A DNA stretch of 64,000 nucleotides from Bacteroidota bacterium (GTDB taxonomy: Bacteria; Bacteroidota; Bacteroidia; UKL13-3), in contig JAZKEF010000011.1 in the NCBI GenBank assembly GCA_040387195.1, positions 102,393-166,392 on the forward strand, given 5' to 3'. How positions within the stretch are numbered: the first letter of the stretch is position 1; each line of letters starts with the position of its first letter. Made by a program: the position numbers and the translations under genes. The notes under the pieces are model-generated. The model was not told the DNA's origin and searched no databases. It was given only the letters and a program-made list of their open reading frames with translations. Shown here one piece after another: positions 46,498 through 56,150 of the stretch.

Positions 46498-47475
46498 ATG
46501 CCCACCAAATCCCATATTTTCGCACCATTCAAGCTGATGAGAGTTTACCGAAGTTTAGACGAATTACCTCTAATTAAAAATGCCATTGTAACGCAAGGAA
46601 CCTTTGATGGAGTTCATGCTGCTCACCGCGTCATCATCAACCGCGTAAAGGAGCTGGCCAAACAACGCAGAGGAGAAACGGTTTTGATGACCTTTGATCC
46701 GCATCCACGATTGGTATTGTTTCCGGAGGAACATGGATTAAAATTACTTCAAACACTCGATGAAAAAATCATTGCCCTTGAAAAAGAAGGCATTGATCAC
46801 CTGGTAGTGATTCCATTTACCAAAGCATTTTCAGAATTGTCGTCCCTGCAGTTTATACGCGATATTCTGGTTGAAAAAATTGGAACCAAGGTGTTGGTTA
46901 TCGGATATGATCACCGTTTCGGCAAAAACCGCGAAGGAGCTTTTCTGCATTTAAAAGAATCATCATCATTATATGGATTTGAGGTAGAAGAAATTCCTGA
47001 GCAGGATGTTGATGAGGTAGCTGTAAGTTCTACCCGAATCAGAAAGGCACTCGAAGCGGGTGATGTTGTTACAGCTGCTAAATACCTGGGTAAATTTTAT
47101 TCGATTACGGGAGAAGTGGTACAAGGAAAACAGTTGGGACGAACCATTGGATATCCTACTGCCAATATCAAAGTAGACGATCCAAACAAACTCATTCCTG
47201 CCGATGGCGTGTATGCTGTTCAGGTAGTTTTCAACAACAAAACCTATGGTGGTATGCTCAATGCGGGTTACCGTCCAACAGTAGATGGGAAGACCCATTC
47301 CATTGAAGTTCACTTATTTGATTTTAGCGAAGACCTGTACAACCGTAAGATTGTCATTTTATATGTTGATAAACTCAGGGAAGAAATGAAGTTTAACGGC
47401 CTCGATGAACTTAAAAATCAGCTTGAAAAGGATAAATTGCATGCTATTGCTGTTTTACAAAAAGCTGATCAATGA
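46498..47475 (+). CDS. ribF: Bifunctional riboflavin kinase / FMN adenylyltransferase
   Basis: GTFDGVHAAHR (HxGH-type nucleotidyltransferase motif). Riboflavin-kinase C-terminal half. Start probably MRVYRS at 46537. Confidence 0.85.
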   Translation: MPTKSHIFAPFKLMRVYRSLDELPLIKNAIVTQGTFDGVHAAHRVIINRVKELAKQRRGETVLMTFDPHPRLVLFPEEHGLKLLQTLDEKIIALEKEGIDHLVVIPFTKAFSELSSLQFIRDILVEKIGTKVLVIGYDHRFGKNREGAFLHLKESSSLYGFEVEEIPEQDVDEVAVSSTRIRKALEAGDVVTAAKYLGKFYSITGEVVQGKQLGRTIGYPTANIKVDDPNKLIPADGVYAVQVVFNNKTYGGMLNAGYRPTVDGKTHSIEVHLFDFSEDLYNRKIVILYVDKLREEMKFNGLDELKNQLEKDKLHAIAVLQKADQ

Positions 47476-48437
47476 CTCGACACAACACACTGATATATAT
47501 AGTTACCGCTCTCGCTCTCGTATGTTTTGCACCCAACCTTAAAGCACAAGTTACCGAAACCGATACGGCAACAGTGGAAGCGGATGATGAAACACCTGAT
47601 GAAAGTGAAGAAAATGAAGGAGACTTTGATGCCAATTTTACCGGCTATTCCGATGTAACTTACTGGGACCTCTTGCGCGATCCGAACTTTAAGTTTGATA
47701 CCAGCATGATCCCTGCCACGCAGCATTATGAAGGTGCAGCGTGGGATACCATTACCATCAATCCATACAAAGTGAGTTTGAAGGAAATGAACGATACCAT
47801 TTTGCTTGCATTAAAGGATTCGTTTGATTGTGAGTTTCACCCACCTGCAATTGGGGATTTATCCTCAACCTTCGGATTCAGACGATGGGGTCGCAGAGCC
47901 AAGTTCCACTACGGGGTAGATGTGAGGATGGAAGTTGGTGATCCTGTTTATGCTATGTTTGATGGTGTTGTGCGTATAGCCAAACGTAGTGCCGATTACG
48001 GTTATGTGGTTTTAATCCGTCACTATAACGGATTGGAAACACTATATGCACATTTTAACCAATTGCTGGCATACTCCGGTCAGCCGGTTCGGTCGGGGGA
48101 TATTATCGGACTGGCAGGTAGTACCGGCCGCAGTACGGGACCGCATTTGCATTTTGAGGTGCGTTATAAGGGAGAAAAAATTGATCCGAACAAGATTGTG
48201 TATTTTCCATCCGGCTCGTTGCTCAGTGATACCCTTCAGATCGATAAACATTGTTTCTCACATTTATATCAGGTAAAAGCAGCCAAGCTTAAATCAAAAT
48301 ACCATGTGGTAAAAAGAGGAGAGACCCTAGCTAAAATTTCTTACCGTTTTGGAATCAGTGTAAAGCATCTTGCCAAATTGAACCGCATTTCCCCTAAGGC
48401 TAAATTAAAAACGGGCCGCAGGTTAAGAATCAGGTAA
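47472..48437 (+). CDS. M23 family metallopeptidase with C-terminal LysM domain
   Basis: HYGVD...HLHFEV (M23 motifs). LysM YHVVKRGETLAKISYRFGISVKHLAKLN. Start overlaps the ribF stop (ATGA). Confidence 0.8.
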   Translation: MTRHNTLIYIVTALALVCFAPNLKAQVTETDTATVEADDETPDESEENEGDFDANFTGYSDVTYWDLLRDPNFKFDTSMIPATQHYEGAAWDTITINPYKVSLKEMNDTILLALKDSFDCEFHPPAIGDLSSTFGFRRWGRRAKFHYGVDVRMEVGDPVYAMFDGVVRIAKRSADYGYVVLIRHYNGLETLYAHFNQLLAYSGQPVRSGDIIGLAGSTGRSTGPHLHFEVRYKGEKIDPNKIVYFPSGSLLSDTLQIDKHCFSHLYQVKAAKLKSKYHVVKRGETLAKISYRFGISVKHLAKLNRISPKAKLKTGRRLRIR

Positions 48438-48456
48438 ATACTGACTACCACGTCAG

Positions 48457-50064
48457 TTACGACACTTTTTTGTTGAATAATACCGTAAAGGTTGTGCCCA
48501 CATTCACCTGACTGTGGATATTAATTTCGCCTCCCAGAGATTCGATGTGCGACTTGATCATATACAGGCCAATTCCTTTAGCAGCCGGATGTTTATGGAA
48601 AGTCTTTTTAAGCCCAAATACTTTTGAGCCGAATTTTTCCATATCAATGCCCAGACCGTTATCGCTAACCTTTAATAGTGCCTGCCCGTTTTGGGAATGG
48701 GTTTCAAAGTTGATAACAGGCGTGCGATCCGGAGACTTGTATTTAAGTGCATTGGATAATAAATTTTGCATGATACTTTCGAGATAAGCCTGCGAGTAAA
48801 TAAGTCTGTTTACTTTCGAAAAATCATATGAAACAGATGCCTGTGTCGCCTTTATTTCCGGTGCATAACTATGCAGTATCTTTTGCATGACCTCATCAAA
48901 AGATACCTCTCCGAGTTTTACCGTTTGATTGTGTGCACTCACTATTTCAAGCAAATTGTTAAGTGTTTCATTCAGGTTGTCTACAATCTCAACAGAGGTT
49001 TGCAGCAAATATTTCTGCTTGTCGACATCCTGCTCTTCCCGCAAAAAACCTAACACGGATTTAAGGTTAAAAACAGGCCCCCTGATATCGTGGGAGGCCA
49101 TATAGGCAAAATCATTTAACTGCACATTTTGTTTCATAAGCTGCCGGGTCATTAAGTGCCGCTCTGTAACATCGCGTATAACAGCCGTAACAAGGTGCTC
49201 CGACTTGTTTAAACTTAAACTCAACTCAATGGGAAATTCTTTACCGCTTTTGTGTCTCGCAAAAAAACGGTCCCCGGATACATTCTGAATAATACCGGGG
49301 TTTAAAAAGTATTGATGCACATGTTCCATATGTTTGGATGCCATATGCTCAGGGAGCAATTTTTCAATTTTGCTTCCAATCAGTTCATCATGTTGATATC
49401 CAAACATTTTTTCTGTTTGAAGATTCACCATCACAATTTCGCCACGCTGGCTCGAAACAATGATTGCATCGGGGGCTGTTGCCAACAATTCTCCGTATTT
49501 TTCCTGCGTTTGAATCCGTTTTTGCAACTCTTCTTCCAAACGGGTTTTGTAATGCGCACGCCAGGTTTCATAATAATAGATCAGCATGGTGCTAATGGAA
49601 AATGCAAACAGCAAATGAAGCAGTTCCTGAATGTCGTAAGCAATGGAAAACAGACCGAAACGGGATAATACCACACAAACAAAACTTACTCCCACAAAAG
49701 CCAGTAACCATAAAAAGTACCTTGTACCTTTTGCGAAAAACGATACCCATAATACATAAGTAGGCGACCACCATAAACCATTATCAGCAGGTCCTCCGGT
49801 TAACAACCACGGTAGCAGTACCGGGAACCCAAGAAAAATAAGCAGGTCTTTCAGAATGTTTAAATCTTTCAGCTGTCTGAACCTAACCTTGAAGTAGATT
49901 AATGCCACCAATGAAAAGAACTGCAGAATCCCGGCTAAATATTCATTGGATACAAAAAAAGAATATGGCACATATACTACGAGCATGGAAATGGCTAACG
50001 GAAATAATTTGGTTAGCAGGTGCTGGTCAAATTCGTTTTCTGAATTGTAGAGCGTTTGATTCAT
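48457..50064 (-). CDS. Sensor histidine kinase (multi-TM N-terminus, PAS, HisKA, HATPase)
   Basis: Hydrophobic N-terminus. PAS (PDAIIVSSQRGEIVMVN). H-box FAYMASHDIRGP. G-boxes GLGIDMEKF and GIGL. Confidence 0.8.
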   Translation of the reverse strand: MNQTLYNSENEFDQHLLTKLFPLAISMLVVYVPYSFFVSNEYLAGILQFFSLVALIYFKVRFRQLKDLNILKDLLIFLGFPVLLPWLLTGGPADNGLWWSPTYVLWVSFFAKGTRYFLWLLAFVGVSFVCVVLSRFGLFSIAYDIQELLHLLFAFSISTMLIYYYETWRAHYKTRLEEELQKRIQTQEKYGELLATAPDAIIVSSQRGEIVMVNLQTEKMFGYQHDELIGSKIEKLLPEHMASKHMEHVHQYFLNPGIIQNVSGDRFFARHKSGKEFPIELSLSLNKSEHLVTAVIRDVTERHLMTRQLMKQNVQLNDFAYMASHDIRGPVFNLKSVLGFLREEQDVDKQKYLLQTSVEIVDNLNETLNNLLEIVSAHNQTVKLGEVSFDEVMQKILHSYAPEIKATQASVSYDFSKVNRLIYSQAYLESIMQNLLSNALKYKSPDRTPVINFETHSQNGQALLKVSDNGLGIDMEKFGSKVFGLKKTFHKHPAAKGIGLYMIKSHIESLGGEINIHSQVNVGTTFTVLFNKKVS

Positions 50065-50268
50065 AACCTTTCATTTTGCTATGTCCCTTACTAAATTAAA
50101 TAGTAATGAATGAAAGTAGGGGGGAATAACTGTTGTTAAATATGTAGGTAAATTTAACAATCCCTGCGTAAATGCAAATTAAATTTTTGGTTGCGAAAGG
50201 TTGGTTATCGAAATATGAGGAATATTTTACAAAATGAGTAGCAAAATAATTGGGGCGGGGTAGAAGGC

Positions 50269-50730
50269 TTAATTAAATAATCCGCTCTCAAAACCATCAT
50301 CAATCAGCAGGTCCTTTCCATCGGCAGCTTCAGTGGCAAGTACATCACAACGTTCATTTTCCTTATGACCAGCATGACCTTTAACCCAACGCATACTCAC
50401 ATAATGTTTCGGGGCAATCTTGAGGTAGCGTTGCCACAGGTCGGCATTCTTTTTTCCTTTAAAACTGATACGTTGCCAATTGTCGAGCCATTTTTTTTCG
50501 ATGGCATCACACACATATTTGGAGTCGGTGAAGATGGTTACATGTAATCCGTTAAGTTTCAAAGACTCTAATGCAACAATTACAGCAAGCAGTTCCATAC
50601 GGTTGTTGGTGGTTTTGCGGTACCCTGCCGAAAGCTCCTTGTAATGTTTACCCGAATGCAAGAGCACTCCATATCCTCCCGGACCGGGATTGCCACGGGC
50701 TGCTCCATCTGTATATATTTTTACCTGCAC
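50269..50730 (-). CDS. rnhA: Ribonuclease HI
   Basis: MQVKIYTDGAARGNPGPGGYGVLL...TNNRMELLAVI...DSKYV... The DEDD catalytic pattern is present. Confidence 0.85.
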   Translation of the reverse strand: MQVKIYTDGAARGNPGPGGYGVLLHSGKHYKELSAGYRKTTNNRMELLAVIVALESLKLNGLHVTIFTDSKYVCDAIEKKWLDNWQRISFKGKKNADLWQRYLKIAPKHYVSMRWVKGHAGHKENERCDVLATEAADGKDLLIDDGFESGLFN

Positions 50731-50741
50731 GTTTTAAATTC

Positions 50742-51191
50742 TTAAAGTTTCATTCTGAAAACGGTCCATTCATCCATGGCCACAGCTCCCATACTCTTGT
50801 AAAAGTCTATTGCCGGAGTGTTCCAGTCGAGTACACTCCATTCTACTCTGCCGCAGTTACGTTCCTTGGCTGTATCTATAACCCGTTGCTATAAGGCTTT
50901 GCCAAAACCTTGTCCACGGTGTTCAGGATTCACAAAAAGATCTTCCAGGTATATGCCTGGTTTGGCACGAAAGGTAGAATAGTTGTGAAAGAACAATGCA
51001 AAACCAACCGGTGTTTCTGCATCATAAGCAAGAATAACCTCGGCATAAGCGGATTCACTAAACAATGTATCATGTAATTTTTGCTCTGTTGTCTCTACCT
51101 CATGCGACAACTTTTCATAAGCGGCAATACCCTGAATAAAAGAAAGGATGAGCGGAATATCAGCCGCCACAGCGTTGCGAATATGTAACAT
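50742..51191 (-). pseudogene. GNAT family N-acetyltransferase interrupted by an in-frame TAG
   Basis: The track ORF ends ...EHRGQGFGKAL at a TAG (50889-50891). The same frame continues QRVIDTAKERNCGRVEWSVLDWNTPAIDFYKSMGAVAMDEWTVFRMKL to a TAA at 50742. Together these make a normal 150-aa GNAT. Confidence 0.6.
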
Positions 51192-51193
51192 TG

Positions 51194-51700
51194 TTATTTT
51201 GCAGTTATCGTAAACTTGCCTTTGAGTTTTTTGGTAATGGTTTGTTCACTATCGCCTTGTTTGGTTTTGATCTGAACATTCACCGAAACATACCAGGTGG
51301 TTTTGCTCAGCTTTACTCCCGTAATGATTCCGTCAATAATGGGAGCATACCCCCGGTCCATACAAAAACAGCCTTTGTAAAAGTATCCCTGCGCTTTCCG
51401 AAGTTCTTCACCCTTCAGTACAAACTTTCCGGTTTTATCCGGAACAATATTAAAACCCAGTGTCTCTGTATATTCATCATCCGACATGGCATCGTTTTGT
51501 GAAGCAGTAAACTTATACTCAAACATCACCGAGCTGCTGTTATCGGTAATATCTGCATAGATGCCATTGGCATTGTTATCCTTTAATACAATGGCTTTTC
51601 CGGTTCGGGCTTCAAATGTTTTAACCGCAGGTGTCATTCTATCCTGGGCAAACAGCTGCAACGTTGCAATACAGCTGATGAATACGAGTAATTTCTTCAT
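51194..51700 (-). CDS. Hypothetical secreted protein
   Basis: Signal peptide MKKLLVFISCIATLQLFAQ. No recognisable domain. Confidence 0.5.
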   Translation of the reverse strand: MKKLLVFISCIATLQLFAQDRMTPAVKTFEARTGKAIVLKDNNANGIYADITDNSSSVMFEYKFTASQNDAMSDDEYTETLGFNIVPDKTGKFVLKGEELRKAQGYFYKGCFCMDRGYAPIIDGIITGVKLSKTTWYVSVNVQIKTKQGDSEQTITKKLKGKFTITAK

Positions 51701-51717
51701 AAGGTAAAAGTAATCAT

Positions 51718-53004
51718 TTATACAACTTCGGCTACTACAAAAGTGCTGCCACCGATAAAAATAACATCATCTTTTGTTGCATGTTGCTGAGCAGCAAGCC
51801 ATGCATTTTTTACCGATCCGTAACTATTTCCTGTTAAACCAATTGCTGCCGCCTGTTGTTTCAATTCATCCGAGGGAAGGGCACGAGGAATATCAGCATT
51901 GCAAAAGTAATAACTTGCTTCTTTGAGTAACAAAGAAAGCACTTTGGTGATGTCTTTATCTTTAACCATTCCAAGAACGATATGCAAACGGGAGTGGGGT
52001 GTTTGGCGAAGTTGATTCATCACAAACGTGATTCCATTTACATTATGTCCCGTATCGCAAATGGTTAGGGGTTGGTTGGAAAGTACCTGCCACCTGCCCA
52101 TTAACCCTGTATTTTTTTTTACTGCAAGCATTCCCTTATGTATACTCTCATCTGTCAGGTTCCATCCCAATCTGCGAAGTTCAATTAATGCCGCAAGTAC
52201 AGTTGTGATGTTCAGTTGCTGGTATGTACCGGGTAAGTCGCATTCAAGGTTAGCGAGCCATGGTGCTGAGTTTAGGTCGATATCTGCAGTGCAAGTAAAA
52301 TTACTGTTCGAAAATGAAGTGGTGTGAATGATGTCGTTTGCAAACACAATCCGGCTGTTGCCATCCGCAGCTTTTTGAGTGAATACAGCAGCAGTTTCCT
52401 CCTCATATTCACCTATCACAACCGGTATATTGGGTTTGATGATTCCTGCTTTTTCGTATGCAATAGCCGGTAATGTATCGCCCAGCATATCCATATGGTC
52501 CCAACCAATATTGGTAATCACGGAAAGGAGTGGAGTGATAATATTGGTGGAATCAAGTCGCCCGCCAAGACCGGTTTCAATAATGGCAATATCAACTTGT
52601 TCTTTGGCAAAGTAATCAAAACACAGGGCCACGGTCCATTCAAAAAAGGAAGGTTGGATGGCATCAAAAGTGTGTTTGTGGATGCTCACAAAATCAACAA
52701 CCACCTGTTCCGGGACCATATTGCCATTGATGCGGATGCGCTCCCGGAAATCTTTAAGATGGGGTGAGGTATATAAACCAACCTTGAATCCAGCCTCCTG
52801 CAAAACAGAAGCCAGCATATGTGAAGTAGAACCTTTGCCATTGGTACCGGCAATATGAATGGTTTTAAATTGGTGTTGAGGATTATTGAGAACCTCACAA
52901 AGGGCAAGGGTATTGGTGAGGTCCTTTTTGAAAGCGGCCGCCCCAATTCTGGTAAACATGGGGAGCTGACTGTATAAGTAATCAAGTGTTTCGGAATAGG
53001 TCAT
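51718..53004 (-). CDS. folC: Bifunctional folylpolyglutamate synthase / dihydrofolate synthase
   Basis: IHIAGTNGKGST P-loop. Mur ligase family layout. 428 aa. Confidence 0.85.
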   Translation of the reverse strand: MTYSETLDYLYSQLPMFTRIGAAAFKKDLTNTLALCEVLNNPQHQFKTIHIAGTNGKGSTSHMLASVLQEAGFKVGLYTSPHLKDFRERIRINGNMVPEQVVVDFVSIHKHTFDAIQPSFFEWTVALCFDYFAKEQVDIAIIETGLGGRLDSTNIITPLLSVITNIGWDHMDMLGDTLPAIAYEKAGIIKPNIPVVIGEYEEETAAVFTQKAADGNSRIVFANDIIHTTSFSNSNFTCTADIDLNSAPWLANLECDLPGTYQQLNITTVLAALIELRRLGWNLTDESIHKGMLAVKKNTGLMGRWQVLSNQPLTICDTGHNVNGITFVMNQLRQTPHSRLHIVLGMVKDKDITKVLSLLLKEASYYFCNADIPRALPSDELKQQAAAIGLTGNSYGSVKNAWLAAQQHATKDDVIFIGGSTFVVAEVV

Positions 53005-53085
53005 CTACAAAGGCGGAATAAAAAGTTCATCGCAAATGTATTGTTTGGATGTGAGAGTTGGAAATTGGAAAGGTGTACAATGCAA

Positions 53086-53125
53086 GCTGCCTGAGCTTCA
53101 CGAAGTGAATGGCCGAAGGCAGCGG
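53086..53125. repeat. Structured intergenic element, copy B
   Basis: See copy A. Outer stem gctgcc/ggcagc, inner stem ttcac/gtgaa. Confidence 0.5.
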
Positions 53126-53135
53126 ACTCAACTCA

Positions 53136-54008
53136 TTACTGCTTAAACCTGAACACAAACGTCATGGTTCCATACTGTAATTCCGGACCATCAGGTTTAG
53201 GAGAGAAGCGTGCACTCATGGCACCTTGTTTGGCTTTTTCGAGTAGGGTAGAATTTAAGGTAGTGGTACCTTTTCCTGCCGGTTCTGCTTTAATCACCCG
53301 TCCGTTTCTGTCAACTATTATATCTACTACGACTTTTCCGGTTTCCCTGGAGTTATCTATAATATTAGGTCTTATCGAAAGTTTTCTGCCTTTCAGGTCA
53401 AAACTGCCCATTCCGTCACCTCCAATGCCATTACCTATTCCGGTGCCACTTGTTGTTCCTCCGCGGCCGTCACCAATCCCATTTCCATCGGGGCTGCCAC
53501 CCTCAACACCATCCGGACTTCCTTCATTGCCGGGAACAGTTCCGTCTCCATGTCCGCCTTCGCCTGTAGCTGTAGTTTTCTTTTTAAACAAAGCCCTCGA
53601 ATCAGCAATCCGTGGTTTCTCAACAGGTTTTTCGATGGGTTTTACTACCGGCTTCTCTATCGGTTTGGTTACTACAACCGGTTCTTTTTTCTTCTCTTCA
53701 ACTTTTTTAGCGGTTACATCCACTTCTTCAACATCCTGTGTAAGGGTTTGTTGTTCATCCGGAGTTTGTTCGGGAATAGGCTCTACCGCTGCTGTAGGAT
53801 CGGATACAGGAACCTCACTCGGGCCACCCATATCGGGTTCGCCAAGTGCCATTGAAAGTTCCATACCACCGCCTTCCAAGGGAGGATCGGGAGTGTGCAG
53901 CACAGACCAAAGCAGGAATAAAAACAAAAGGGTATGCGCCACCATTGTCACGGAGATGCCAATCCATTTGCTTTTCTGTTCGTCTTTTTTGAGTTGCACT
54001 GCGTTCAT
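53136..54008 (-). CDS. tonB: Energy transducer TonB
   Basis: N-terminal TM. Pro/Glu/Lys-rich spacer (KPIEKPVVKPIEKPVEKP). TonB C-terminal domain. Confidence 0.75.
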   Translation of the reverse strand: MNAVQLKKDEQKSKWIGISVTMVAHTLLFLFLLWSVLHTPDPPLEGGGMELSMALGEPDMGGPSEVPVSDPTAAVEPIPEQTPDEQQTLTQDVEEVDVTAKKVEEKKKEPVVVTKPIEKPVVKPIEKPVEKPRIADSRALFKKKTTATGEGGHGDGTVPGNEGSPDGVEGGSPDGNGIGDGRGGTTSGTGIGNGIGGDGMGSFDLKGRKLSIRPNIIDNSRETGKVVVDIIVDRNGRVIKAEPAGKGTTTLNSTLLEKAKQGAMSARFSPKPDGPELQYGTMTFVFRFKQ

Positions 54009-54087
54009 ATCGGAAGCGGAAATTAACGGTAATTAAGTAACGCTAAACAACATAATATATTTTGAAGCACCCGCTACACTTAGTAAC

Positions 54088-54260
54088 ATTTGCACAGGAA
54101 TAAGAGCCAGCTGTGCAAATTAGTAGAAGGATGGAATGTGCAAATGAGTAAATATGATGATGAAAGAATTGGAACTCTTAATAGGGTGTAATATTATCAA
54201 GAAGAAAAACGCCTTTTCACAGTGATGGAAATGCTTGCCACGATTTAGCGTGGTGCAAAT
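54088..54260. promoter_or_regulatory. Cluster of four GTGCAAAT/ATTTGCAC octamers upstream of tonB, including ATTTGCACAG-N13-CTGTGCAAAT
   Basis: Octamer at 54088-54095 (inverted), 54113-54120, 54138-54145 and 54253-54260. Confidence 0.3.
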
Positions 54261-54327
54261 GGGATAAGTAGTTTCGGGATGGAGTCCCGAACAGCCAATA
54301 TTTATCCAGCCAACGGCAGGAGCCAAC

Positions 54328-54753
54328 CTATCCAACTACAATTGTTCTTGAGTCTTCAGCTGTTTTGGTAAGGGTTACATTGAGCACAGGCTCACCGGCA
54401 AGAAGCTCTTCAATTTGTGACGGCCATTCGATCAGGCAGATATTATTGCTGTAGAAATAATCTTCGTACCCTATATCATATACTTCTTCAATGGAACGGA
54501 TGCGGTAAAAGTCGAAATGGTAAATCGTTTTTCCGGTAGCCGAAAGATATTCATTTACCAGTGAGAAGGTGGGACTTGTTACTTCTCCTGTAACACCAAG
54601 TGCTCTGCAAATAGCTTGTATGAGTGTGGTTTTTCCGGCTCCCATTTCGCCATGGAAACACCATAAGGTAGTGTGATCCGATACTTCAATAATACGTTGT
54701 GCAGCCTCCTGAAGGTTATCAATGGTGATATTGTTGAGAACGAGTTTGTGCAT
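54328..54753 (-). CDS. tsaE: tRNA threonylcarbamoyladenosine biosynthesis protein TsaE
   Basis: GEMGAGKTTLIQAICRALGV...SPTFSLVNEY. Confidence 0.8.
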   Translation of the reverse strand: MHKLVLNNITIDNLQEAAQRIIEVSDHTTLWCFHGEMGAGKTTLIQAICRALGVTGEVTSPTFSLVNEYLSATGKTIYHFDFYRIRSIEEVYDIGYEDYFYSNNICLIEWPSQIEELLAGEPVLNVTLTKTAEDSRTIVVG

Positions 54754-54782
54754 GTAAAAAGCGGGGAAGAGGAGTATGAATG

Positions 54783-55580
54783 TTAACTTCCAACGGCACC
54801 CATCACATACATTTCGGTAAGTGTAGGACTTGGATTTCCACCTTCTTTTTCGAGCGTAATGGCAAATGCCTGAGCTGATTCAAAGTCTCTCATTTTGTGT
54901 AAAGAGGAGTCTCCTTCTTTCATAGTTATCATACCTGCATCAACCGGTTTGCCGTCAACAATGGCCCACAGTTGGTATTGTTTTCCTTGCTCAGGAATTG
55001 GTAACGATTTAAGCTCAATGAATACTTCTTTGGATTGTTTGTTCCAGTATATCATGGCCATGCTGTTTGGTGATTTCTCAACACCCTTCATCATCACTTT
55101 CATGGTATAAGGATTGGTGATTACAGCCATGTCATTGTTCATGGTTTCCAGCTTTACCTGGTTGGATTTAAAGTTAGCGGCTAATTGTTGTTTTTCAGTA
55201 TTCAGTGCAATAACTTCATTATTGGCAGATCTCCACCTGTTGTAAAAGAAAATATTTCCGATTAAGCTCAGCGACAGTAAAATCAAAGATGCGGCAACGG
55301 CCAATCGTGAATTGAATAATGGTATGGTTGGTTTTGCATACTGCACACTTTCTTCCAATGCTGCAATTTCATTTAAAACAAAATCGCGGGTGCTTGCTTT
55401 AGGAGCCTTGCCGTGTGCGGTAGCGTATCCGTTAATGGCGTCCTGAATTTCAGTTAGCTCAGCCTTTACTTCAGGATACTGACTGCACATAGCTTCTACC
55501 TGATGCGCTTCTTCGTCACTGCACATGCCCAATGCATATGTTTCCAAAATTCCGCTCTCTATGTAAGCCTTGCTATCCAT
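54783..55580 (-). CDS. Anti-sigma factor (RskA-like, single TM)
   Basis: N-terminal cytoplasmic zinc-finger-like MCSDEEAHQVEAMCSQ. TM. Periplasmic anti-sigma-K domain. Overlaps the sigma factor gene by 8 nt. Confidence 0.7.
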   Translation of the reverse strand: MDSKAYIESGILETYALGMCSDEEAHQVEAMCSQYPEVKAELTEIQDAINGYATAHGKAPKASTRDFVLNEIAALEESVQYAKPTIPLFNSRLAVAASLILLSLSLIGNIFFYNRWRSANNEVIALNTEKQQLAANFKSNQVKLETMNNDMAVITNPYTMKVMMKGVEKSPNSMAMIYWNKQSKEVFIELKSLPIPEQGKQYQLWAIVDGKPVDAGMITMKEGDSSLHKMRDFESAQAFAITLEKEGGNPSPTLTEMYVMGAVGS

Positions 55581-56130
55581 TTGTTACTAATACTCCTCTT
55601 AATTGCATGATGGCTGCCCTGATCCTGGTTTTAACAGTGCCCAGGGGAATTTCCAGTTCTTTGGAAACCTCTTCCTGGGTATAGCCTTCAAAATAAATTT
55701 TATCTACCAATATTTTTTGTTCCGGTTTTAATTTTGCCACAACTTCCTTGAGCCCTATATGGTCTACTTTGATGTTTACCTGCTCCGATCTGTCGACTTT
55801 ATTTACGGAATCTTCGATGTTTTGGTTTTGTAACTGCTTTTTATATTGTTTAGAGCGTGTTTCATCAATCGCAGTATTGCGGCATACATTCAGCATCCAG
55901 GTGAAAAGGGAACCTTTCTCCCTGGAATAGCCATCTATATTTTTCCAGATTTTAACAAATGCATCCTGCAATACATCATTGGAAACATCTTCCGATTGAA
56001 TGATACGGTCAATTACGCCAAACAATGCGTTTGAGTAATTATCGTACAAATAGGTGATAGCATCCGTTTGCTTCGCTTTGAGCGCAGCAACCAGCGTGGC
56101 TTCATCGGTATATTTACTTTTCAGTTTCAC
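55573..56130 (-). CDS. ECF (sigma-70 family) RNA polymerase sigma factor
   Basis: Region 2 (LQDAFVKIWKNIDGY...FTWML). Region 4 (YTQEEVSKELEIPLGTVKTRIRAA). Confidence 0.8.
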   Translation of the reverse strand: MKLKSKYTDEATLVAALKAKQTDAITYLYDNYSNALFGVIDRIIQSEDVSNDVLQDAFVKIWKNIDGYSREKGSLFTWMLNVCRNTAIDETRSKQYKKQLQNQNIEDSVNKVDRSEQVNIKVDHIGLKEVVAKLKPEQKILVDKIYFEGYTQEEVSKELEIPLGTVKTRIRAAIMQLRGVLVTNG

Positions 56131-56150
56131 TAAGAGGTGTGCAATATAAA

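Noticed and set aside
53164-54036. 290-aa plus-strand ORF antisense to tonB
   Set aside because: It is an artefact of the low-complexity Pro/Glu/Lys-rich TonB spacer on the opposite strand. The tonB frame has clear TM, spacer and C-terminal domain logic.
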